The notes beneath the pieces were generated by a model. The model did not search any database and was not told where the DNA came from. It saw only the letters and a list, made by a program, of their open reading frames with translations. The position numbers and the translations under genes were made by a program. 64,000 nucleotides of DNA. Origin: Amphiscolops sp. MND2022. Its lineage: Eukaryota. The stretch spans positions 41,044,001-41,108,000 of the forward strand of contig OZ076410.1 of NCBI GenBank assembly GCA_964187785.1, in the 5' to 3' direction. This document shows positions 23,993 through 33,938 of the stretch, in pieces (position 1 is the stretch's first letter; every line of letters starts with the position of its first letter).

Positions 23993-26900
23993 TCAACCAG
24001 ATTTGCCGGAACGACAAGGTTTCTTCCCACCAGGCTTCGATGAAGATACGGTCGCTGACACACCTTGACTAATATCTGAACCACCATGGGAACCGACATC
24101 AATAACTGCAGCAGGGCCAGAAACCATCCGAGAAGTCGTTTGGACCGAAGACATCCGAGCCCTCCACTCATCAACCTGCCCAGAATAGTAGGCAGTATAA
24201 CACTGGAGTAAACTGTTGTAAACGTCTTCCACAGGATGACGATTTACATCAACCCAAGGATCAAACGAATCCCGAGCAAGAAAATGGTGACCAACGGGCA
24301 GGTTGATCTTCAATTCTTCCACGCAATCCAAAGTTAGAAGATCCGATGACATAAACTTTGGGTGCAGAACAAAGGACTGAACGGCATAAAGACCGGACCG
24401 AATCACACTGGCTGGCAAGTTGGTCCCACTAACAGATATATCCACAGCCGGCATAACACTAGACACGGGGCACACAATGACCCGTACAAGACGAACCACC
24501 TGTCGGACATGGGATCGGCACTGGTAACTCCCAATGGTCTCTAAATATTCAAAAACGTCAGCAATCTGAGATGAATCCACCGACAACTGGCTCAAATCCA
24601 CAACCAGCGATTTAAACTCATTAACAGAGGACTCCCGATCCAGATCATCCAGATACCCAGTCTCTTGCAGACAAGCAACCAGATCCTCAAACAGTCTGAT
24701 GACATAATCAGCATCGCCCCCCAACAACATATCCACACTGAGGCAGCTCAGAGAACGGGCAATACGAGAATTGGCATAGGCAGGAGAACTCAATTGCTTG
24801 AGAAGCTCCAATAAATAACTTTGACACTCCCGTAGAAAGGACCGACGCGGAGACTCCTCGAATCCTCGCAGAGCTTTCTGGATGCTCAGCTCACCTTGGA
24901 GACACTCACCCACGGGTACATTAGCCCAGCTATTGAGCGGCTTGTCAATGTAGTCGAACCAATCATCGACGGACGGCAGCTGACTCACCTTCTTGACTTT
25001 ACTCAGCAAGCTCCAGTAAAAGAAGCAGAAGTCTGTGAAACTCCTACATGCATAATCCCGGACATTGGCGTCAAAGAACTTCTTACAGTTTGCACGAAAA
25101 CACAACAGGACAACATGCAACAGTGCCAGTCGCGGAAGACCTAACCAATCTGAACACAGCAAGGAGTCCAAATCCACTACATTGGCAGACTTCTTCATCA
25201 CAGACACGTCATTAGACAGACACAGCTTCACATCTGCCCAATGGTCCAACAGCTCCTGCAACACCTCACAAAAGACACTGACAGGCACGTCACCGGACTC
25301 CAAACAGAGACGCAGTTGAGGCAATTCCAGCAACCACGCTTGCTGACAAACTCTCTTGAGACGCTGCACGAGGTACTCGATGGTGGCAAAAGGATCCACG
25401 GAGCCCACGCACGAAAAGCTAGCATCGTTCACGAGCCGGCGCAAAAGCTCGATACTGAAGGTCACGGAGACGAGGGGCACAGGACGCCTCACTAGCCGGC
25501 ACCAATCAACATAAGCATTGAAGAGGACCGGAGAACAATTTTCAATTGCAACAGGACCACGACGAGTAGAAACCAGTGACAGGACCCGGGACAGACAACG
25601 AATGTAGGCCTCAATTGAGACAGTTCCATAATCCTCTTCCACAATACAGATCTCGCGTACGGAATCACCAGAACAGCAGCGGACCGTACACTTCACCCCG
25701 GAGGATGAAGACTGCAAAGCCAAACTGAAAGAGCTGTCTCCTAGCCATGATTTCACACGCCGAAGAACACGAGGATATAAGGTCTGCACTAACACGACCA
25801 CAGTCTCCGTCTTGCTCCACGTGACTGACGCATATGGGCTTTCCACAGGCAGAGTAGTTCTGAATTGATTCCACAAGCGGCGTAGAAAGGCCTGGGAACC
25901 ACCGCTCCTTAGCAGCTCCAACAAGCAACCGACGAGAGTAGTAGGAGGGACGTTGGACGGGACGCCAACCAACGCATCCACCTCATCCTCCAAGAACTTG
26001 TTCATTCTCCCCAGAACAACGGGGGGAGTCTTCTCAATCTCAGCCTGCAGGTCAGCCGAGATTTCTGCAACCGGAATGGCATCGAGTTTATCTGTATAAA
26101 TAAAGTCCTCATGGTCAAGCCGATACCTCTGGTCCTTTGCTAGGTGCCCCTTGCATTTGAAATGACGCCATATACCACGGGGCCCTCGTGACAGAAATGA
26201 GACGTCCTTGCGGCAAATGGCACAATTAAAACCATTCGGACTTTTATCATTGCGCCGGCTTACAAATAATCGAGGCACAGGATGGTTACTCATAGCCTTT
26301 GTCAGCACGTGTCGCTCAGTTTTCTTCTCGGTTTTTTCTTCGTCTCGAGCGAGCAGCTTCTCTTTCTTCAACTCAACTGGATCCAAGAAACGACCGGGAT
26401 CACTAGCATCGATACCTTTAGACTTCAGCAACTGCGACAGCTCCTCAAACTCTAAAACAAGAAACAACAACAACTCATAAAATAAACTCTACACAACACC
26501 AACCCAGAATGTACAAGCACAGTATAAAGCAGAAAAGACCACAGAACAAACAGATGAAACAACCAATGTACCGCGGAAGGAAACGGAAAATACAAAACTA
26601 CAACACCGAAAATTTACTAACGCTTAGCTAGCGACTCAGTCTCTTTCATGGTCTCAGTCCTTTCCGCCCGAGCAGCACTCCGAGCCAACAGCAAACATTG
26701 CGCTGCAGTCATCACCACAGGAGACTCAGGCGGTACGGCAGGCAAACCAACTGAAACAACACCTGTTTACCATACCGAAGTATTACACTCTTCGCGATAC
26801 TGCTAACACGACAACAGTGCAGGACACAATAATGACGCAAGAACATGAAACACCAAAAATGAAAAGAGCGAGGAAAGCAAACGTGCAAAACTATACCTTT

Positions 26901-27833
26901 GTCCCTGTCATTGTAGACCACTGACGCCTCGGTACCAAGGGCCGTCCGTCCGTGCTGAGTTCGGGTATGACGAAATAACCCCGCAGGAATCGTCGATGTG
27001 GCATCACTCTCTTGGGCAGGAGTGTCTTGTGCAGCCTCACATACAAAAACGTCGCTGCCGCCAGAAGACCCCAATCCAGGCTCAGAATCTAGTCCAGCGA
27101 CTATAAAACATGATGTAGATGTATATCACAAAGAGTATTGAAATTAACCCCCAAGCTACTCTCAACCAAAGTACACCGACAGCAACAAGAAAGATGGAGG
27201 TATACCTACTTTCAAGAGTCTTGGAGGCAGAAATCGTTGGAGGATCAATTTCCTCACCAGAACTGTCCACAGGTGAACGGGGCTTAGACACCGACCCCGG
27301 CAGAAGACTCGCCAGTCGGACTCGTTTCGTAGACCGGACACTACTGGTCGACAACTTTTGACTCGACCGCGATTTCTTCTTCGACGACTGTAACTCGGCA
27401 GTCGGACTGTAATCCTTATCAAGATTGTCATCAGTAGCTAAGAAAGTAGATGGAAAAAGAACGCGTTCACAACCAACTAGAAAGGGCCGGCCACCCATTT
27501 AATTTCTAGAGAAGACTTACCTTTCTTGCTCGCCAAATAATCTATATCGTGCCGATCGTCGCTGGTAGCTGAGTGAAAGGAGACAGTTTCAGCACAACTC
27601 CCATCTTCCACCTCGGGGTCCTTGTCAGAGCTATCTTTCTCGCCAAATCCATGTTGTCCGGCCCCAGCGATAACAGAAGTGACCTCAACATTCTCGTTTT
27701 CGACAGCAACAACTACACGCCCTTCTCCCTGCACAACTGACTCCACAACTGACTCTACCTCAGCCTCACTATCTTTCAACGCGACTTCCTGACTACGACG
27801 TAACAAGACACCATCCTCTTCTGTCGAACTCAT
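23993..27833 (-). CDS. E1 antisense 5-exon gene, about 1110 aa, acidic N-terminus + BED-like Zn finger + hAT-like body; exons 27833-27521, 27437-27210, 27100-26897, 26750-26622, 26451-23993
   Basis: Four GT-AG introns (83, 109, 146, 170 nt), all phase 1. Spliced CDS is 3333 nt with no internal stop. Every exon is homologous to the E2 counterpart. Confidence 0.85.
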
Positions 27834-27876
27834 ACTTCAAAACTTTCTGAAAAAACACCAAATACAGTAACACAAT

Positions 27877-27960
27877 GAAGATGTGGCGTAAAATCAATGG
27901 AAATAATAATACTAAAAGTTATCTACTATATAAGGAGAGTTGTTCAGTCTGCCCGCTGAA
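27877..27960. promoter_or_regulatory. conserved non-coding blocks between the divergent antisense gene and ORF-X
   Basis: GAAGAYGTGGCGTAAAA (27877-27893) and TTCAGTCTGCCMGCTGAA (27943-27960) are also present in E2 (50176-50192, 50107-50124). Confidence 0.65.
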
Positions 27961-28056
27961 CAATTCATGGAGTTGACACAAACCGTGTGAACAAATTTTC
28001 CAAGCGAAGCAAATCAGTTGTACTAAAAATTGACTGACGCTTAGTTTACTACTACA

Positions 28057-28641
28057 ATGAATCATCCAAATTCAAACAGCAAAATGGACGAAGACGTCTT
28101 CATTCTCGAACGAGATCAACAGCAGCAGACCGAACAAAGATCCGGTACACCGCCACCAGATTATAACCTAATTACCACGCGGCAAATTAACATTACTTAC
28201 GAAATCATTAAAACACAGGACTACCACGTAGTCCTAGTACATGAAGAAACGCCGGCCGATACTACGAACACAGAAAGCGAGACGGGAGTCATCAGACGTT
28301 TCACGCAAGACAACCCAGTGATCCCCGAAGACACATTTGTGAGCCCGGTCAGGCAATTCGACCGTGAAATTTACGATGATCCCGACAACAAAGTTGATAG
28401 CCCAATAAGTTTCTACAGTAGATCAGAAGGCTACTATTCGGGCAGCGATTGGGAGACAGACTCATCTTGGCGATCCTACAATTCATTAACTGACGATCTC
28501 CCAACGCTATTTGAGACCCCGATTCGATCAATTTCCCAATTTCTCCTTCCTGAGGGAACTGGGTACAGAAGCCGAGGACTGTCACAGCCCCGCCTGAGCT
28601 GCGAGCACTGCAACAAACACAACCCAGTCTTCGAAGAATAA
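28057..28641 (+). CDS. E1 ORF-X, 194 aa unknown protein running through the PPT into the 3' LTR
   Basis: ATG-initiated; shares FILxRDQ, YEII, NPxIPxDxFxSP, GYxSGSDWxTDSSW and SRGLSQP with the E2 ORF-X. Confidence 0.8.
   Translation: MNHPNSNSKMDEDVFILERDQQQQTEQRSGTPPPDYNLITTRQINITYEIIKTQDYHVVLVHEETPADTTNTESETGVIRRFTQDNPVIPEDTFVSPVRQFDREIYDDPDNKVDSPISFYSRSEGYYSGSDWETDSSWRSYNSLTDDLPTLFETPIRSISQFLLPEGTGYRSRGLSQPRLSCEHCNKHNPVFEE
28567..28579 (+). promoter_or_regulatory. E1 imperfect polypurine tract
   Basis: AGAAGCCGAGGAC directly before the 3' LTR TGTCA; E2 has AAAGCCGGGGAC. Confidence 0.6.
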
Positions 28642-30476
28642 ATTGGGAAAAGAACAAAAGAAGAGGAAATAGACAACTGACAAACAATCAGAAACAAAGG
28701 AGGTAAACAATATTAATTTGAAGTAATTAAATAAATAAATATATGCATATTAGTGTTATTATCATAATAATGTACACTTATATAAATACGTACTTACGGA
28801 ATAACGGAGCTACTCGTGCAGTTAATAATAATACAATACTATGTGATAATAATAATTGAATTGCACCGCTCAGTGAATGAACCGAGAAATTGAAGGCGGA
28901 ACTGAGGCCTGGCTCGGACTAAAGCGGCGGCCTGGCAGGCAGCCTGAGAATTGTAAACTCAGCGAACTAATATGCAAGTGCGCGCTATAGTGAATACATG
29001 TAAATGAACTAATGTCTAGTGCAGTGATTTATTAACAATACGAGTGCAAATATACCAACAATTGAGATTTCTGTGCTAACTTATTAGAACATCACGTACC
29101 GCGGCCTGGGATGCGGCCTGAGAATTACTTACGATAAATCAATCACGAAAGTGAAAGATGATGATGCTACCATGTAACTTTGTCTCGAAATGAATCTAGA
29201 GATTATTATCTATGATCCTAAACTATATTGTCGTTTAAAATATCGCATATAACGTTCTTTTACATGTAAATATTAATTAATCTATAAACAGGCCTGAACC
29301 GCAGCCTGGACCAAAGATTTAGTACCGAATATTAAACCAAGTGTTAATAACATGTATATCCTGTTCCCTGAATCTGTTGTCGTTTAATTGCATTAAATAC
29401 CTTTCTGAACAATGTATCTGATGCTGTTTATAATTAATAGTTGCTTTACCCATTGAACAAGTTTGTCCGTCCCGGACTATGGCCTGGGACCAGGCTTCGT
29501 GATATTAACCAAAATCAGAGCCGTAAATACTGTAGAAGCAATTCAACTCTTTCATTTAAAACCTAAAGTGTGATTTGTGTTAAATTTCATTCAAATTGTT
29601 GCTGATTTATTTAATTTAGGGAAATATTTGTAAAGGAAAATTGGTTGTCATCATTTTTTTCCCAAATTTGTGCAGTTAATCAATCTTATTCAGTGACTCA
29701 TTGCGCGTATCTTTGACAATTTTTTCAGTTCGGCGTCCTGAAGAGGCGGGAAATTGGAGGCGAAGGGAAGCGGAGTCGCAACTCAGGCCGGAAGTGGACG
29801 CGTGCTTTTCTCCGGAAAGCATGAACAAGCTGAAAGCCTGAGTTCGACAAAGCGGAACTGAACTTCCTGTTTCCCTGCCTCGGACGGACGCCGGACTGAA
29901 CAAAATGTGAAGTATGTTCGTGTCTTTTCCCCGATTTCCGGGATGGAAAGTATAAATACAATGCGAGCTAGAAGCCATTTTTAGTTGAATTTTGTTACCT
30001 TTGCGAAACAATTGTTTTCCGTTTAACGATAATTAAAAATCTTGAAACATCACACTTTGTTACTTGAGAACTTGCTCTAATTTCCTTAAAAAGAGATCGA
30101 GAATCATCAAGCCTAAGTAAGATGCCAGAACGTAGCTCCAAAAGAAAAGCAAGAAGGGATTCCCCTGTAAACTCCTTAGACGAACCCGAATCTTCTAGCA
30201 TGAGGACTGAAAACACTCCTAGTTTGTCAGATAAAGATTTTACGGAATTGTCTGAAAAGATAGAAAAATCTGTAAGTAAAAGAATCAAAGACACAGAAGT
30301 CGGACAGCGTGAGATTCTTAAGATGATAGAGAATCTGACCTCTAAAATTGATACTCTGGCAGAAAGACCGCCTAACAACGTGCGTCATGACTCCGATGAT
30401 GAGGATGCAGGAAACATGGATTACAGATTTAGAACAGTTGAATCAAGTGATTCACTCCCGAATCACGGTCAACACA
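28580..30476 (+). repeat. E1 3' LTR (1897 bp)
   Basis: Copy of 10456-12367 with a roughly 15-bp deletion and a few dozen substitutions. Confidence 0.96.
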
Positions 30477-31350
30477 CTATCATCCAAATAAAAACTTTTT
30501 TTCTGAGGTGAAGGTATTTTAAACATCAAAAGTGATAACGAAACGACCTAGAGAAGTTTAGACTTTTCTTGGAAGAATCATTCTTTTGTTGAAGGCGTGA
30601 TTACGTGTTGAGAACTTCATTTTGAAGAATAATTCCCAGTAAAATGAACTAGTACGGGGAGAATAATAAAAACGGAAAACGCAAAAAGGTGAGAAATCTC
30701 ACTATCGCAGCCGAAACTATTTGTCAACGAAACATCAAAACTTTTCCTATGTGACCAGCAAGAAACATCGCACGTAATTTTGTCCCATAAACGATAATTC
30801 AAATATTTGTCAATATAATTTTCAAAAGTCCATACGAAAGTGTCCCCCTTGGGTTTTTGGGTATTGTGAAAGACTAATTGACGTTTTGAACTACTTTTGC
30901 TATTATTGAGCCTTCAGCGGGCACCGACTTAGGCAGCTCCCGGGTTGCTAGAAACTCAAGAGTTTCATTTGATTTTTAGCAAGGAAAAACGTTTTCGCCA
31001 ACACATACGGTCACCTTAGAGTTTTCGGCATTAAGCCAATATTTTGGAGTTTTACGATGACAACTTTGGTTATTTGATGATGAGAGTTCCCTAAAATTGT
31101 GCTCAAGTAGATTGAAACGACCTACGCCTGTTTTCGGCTCTGTGTTCTGTGTGATTTCTTACTTTTTAAAACCTTTTCACTACAAGTTAGCTGCTTTGGT
31201 TTGGTTTTTTTAGAGATGTTTTCAGTAAAAAACTTGGGTTTTTCGACGCTAAAAGATGCCACCGTTGAGTTTTTGGCAGTGGAAAAAGTTTTTTGGCAGT
31301 GAGTTTTTTGAATAAAAATAAAAAAAATAAAGACGTTGGTTTTTTTTTGA

Positions 31351-32822
31351 TGTCGCAGGCTTCCGCCTGCGATGGGAATATTTACACGATAGACCACACA
31401 AAGCCTATCGCCTTACCCGGAACATTGCCTTTGTAAAACTAAAACTTTCGAATCTTTGATACTGTTTTGAACTTATGGTGTTGTTCGATGAATGTAATTA
31501 TATTTGTTTATCATGTAAAATAACATTTGACAGCAAGCTATACTGACAGGTAGAAAGGAAACGTGTTCAAATGCCTGCTTGTTCAGTATAGCTAACGTGG
31601 CCGTCACCGGCTAATCAGCCAATCACAGTGCAGCTGGTATTAGATGCTTATTTATCAATTATATAGCTGTGGTAATATTTACTCGGAAAGGACAAGTAAG
31701 GCCACGCGGACTAGCCGGCCTTACTTGTCAATCAATTCAGTTGAGGCTAGTTACCTTTTGAAAGGTGCTCTATTCATACACGGGACTTTTATTAATGAAA
31801 TACCAACGAAGGTGCTTGTAGCGCAATAAATATTCCCTTTCTGGTGCGAAAAGAGAAAGGCCTTGTTCGGCCATATGAACAGAGTGACGTAATTAGAAAT
31901 ACATGTAATGTCGGCATGTAAAGTGTTGCTTCATGTTGATATATATGAATGCGTTGCTAGACCGTATTAGGACTTGCGTCACCCCCCGCGGCACGCCTTT
32001 GATTTCGCCGCTCCCGCCGCAAATCATCTGTGACTGCATTTCCTATATTTAGATTGCGGTATTGATGTTATTTATAGCCGATAACTATTTTTAGTAACAA
32101 GACCATTAAAAATTTGCGTGTCACGCCCGTTTGGGTATATATACCCGGGCGGAGTCTTTGTAACACACAATCTTAGTTGAACCACTGTTATTCAGTTGCT
32201 TTGCATTTATACAAGTTTCTTGTAAAGCTCTCCGGAAAATCCGATTACAGAAACAATTTAAATATTTTCTCCTGTAGAATTATTTTATGCCTTCCACAAA
32301 AAAAACAAAAAGCTAAGGCCAGAAAGTCGAGAGAATTAGATATGTTGTCCGATTACGGCAACACAGATGTAATGTTAGGAGATGGAAATTCCAACTTCAT
32401 AAAAAGAGAGTTAGATAGTCTTATCAACGTCCCAGAAGGACAGCGAGATTTCATCTCAAGATAATGAGATCAGAGATATCGGCAATAGAAATGAGCCCGT
32501 CAGGGAAGAAAGAATAATAGAATTAATTAATACGCTTTCGGGTGAAATGAATGCTAGGATGTCCCGGGAAATGGAGTCAATGACGGACTTCATGCAGACT
32601 CAAATTAGTAGGGCTATTAGCTGTGCTATAAGCGACAGAATATTACTTGAAACACAAAATATAGTGGAAAATTTGCCTTTGAACCAACATGGCGTGAGCC
32701 GTGTGCGTCCACAATTGAGGATAGAATCGGAAAAATGTCGAAAAACGCAAATACGAAACTTACTAAGAAGGACTCCAGGTCCGCCTGTGATTTGAGGGAT
32801 CTTAAGGACTTTACTCCTTACA
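31351..32822 (+). repeat. E3 5' LTR (about 1472 bp)
   Basis: TGTCGCAGG...CCTTACA followed by the PBS; about 90% similar to 44935-45985. Confidence 0.85.
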
Positions 32823-33938
32823 TGGTGACAGGAGCTAACGAACTCCAACATCCGCTTCCCGAATTCCTCACAGGACAAATTCACTCTCAGCCAGACCTCC
32901 AGAGGCAAGAATCCGAGCATGATACAACCATGGACACAACTGTACCAGTGGTAGAGCCCGTTGCGGCTGAACAACCACAGGACTCTATCAATCGTCTGGC
33001 AGATGTCTTGGTAAATCTCCAAAACAAACCGCAGTAGATTACAATCAGACCAGTCACGACGAACCTTATGACTTTTGACGGAAAAATAGAGGAATTCGAA
33101 TTGTTCGAAGATCTTTTTCACACGGTGATAAAGATGCAGCCCGCCATAACTGAACAAATGAAAATCAACAACTTTCATTCACTACTCAGAAAGGGGGCCT
33201 TACGAACATTTCGAAACATAAACTCTACAAACCGTCAAACACTGGAGGACTTATTGGTCATATTCGGCAGGAAATACGTCAAACTTGAGTCTCAAGTCAC
33301 AGCAAAGCACAAGTGGCACCGACTTGTATTCGATCCTAACACAATGAAATTACCCGACTTTCTGGAGGATCTCAAACAGGGAGCTGAGAACGCCTTTGGA
33401 GAGAATGCTAAAAGCATGTCAAACAGCTTGTTATATGACAAATTACCACCCAAACTCAAACAATCGGTCAACATGGCCAGGTTAGAAAACGGAACATATG
33501 AGGAAATTGTGGCACACCTCGAAACGGGAATCTGATTATTTACCCATTTCCACAATGGCTTCATCATCAGATAAGGCGCGAAACCTGCCGTCTAACGGCA
33601 TTAAGACCGACAAAGACAATCAATGCTCATACTGCAATGCTGAAGACCACTTCGGGAAGAACTGACCAAAGCTTAAAAAGAAAAAGGAATTGGACGCCAA
33701 AAATGGTAAAAAGACCCAACGCTCGACTTATACAGAATGTCCCACCTGCAGCGAAACTAATCACCTACCCGAGAACTGTTGGCGTGATGCCGGAGATAAT
33801 CTTCGTCCCAAAAGAAATAGACAGTACTCTAAAAATACAGAGCCCTCCGAAGACGAAGGCACCCTCACTAAAATTGAAAAATCTGCAACATCTGCATCAT
33901 TCCAATCGAACTCAAAGAAACTTGATTCAAAAAACTAA
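32287..33938 (+). pseudogene. gag: E3 gag, LTR-initiated (MPST.KQKAKARKSRELDMLSD), frameshifted
   Basis: MTFDGKIEEFELFEDLF, knuckle remnants, ends GAT TCA AAA AAC TAA. Confidence 0.85.
32823..32834 (+). promoter_or_regulatory. E3 PBS TGGTGACAGGAG
   Basis: Same motif and same reading frame (MVTG) as E1 and E2. Confidence 0.88.

Larger units (their letters stand above)
17819..26622 (+). repeat. 4.4-kb tandem duplication inside E1 (unit A 17819-22200, unit B 22201-26622)
   Basis: Junction tttactaacg|atgcccagaatg at 22200/22201; the units are near-identical. Confidence 0.95.
10456..30476 (+). mobile_element. E1: full-length complex Ty3/Gypsy LTR retrotransposon (20 kb incl. internal duplication), mutated
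   Basis: TG...CA LTRs, 5-bp TSD CTATC at 10451-10455 and 30477-30481, PBS, gag, PR-RT-RH-IN. Confidence 0.97.

Noticed and set aside
28057-28641. ORF-X or the antisense ORF as env
   Set aside because: No signal peptide, furin site or C-terminal TM anchor visible; the large ORF is on the wrong strand.
31346-31350. TSD for E3
   Set aside because: The 3' LTR is truncated at about 45985, so the right TSD is missing.
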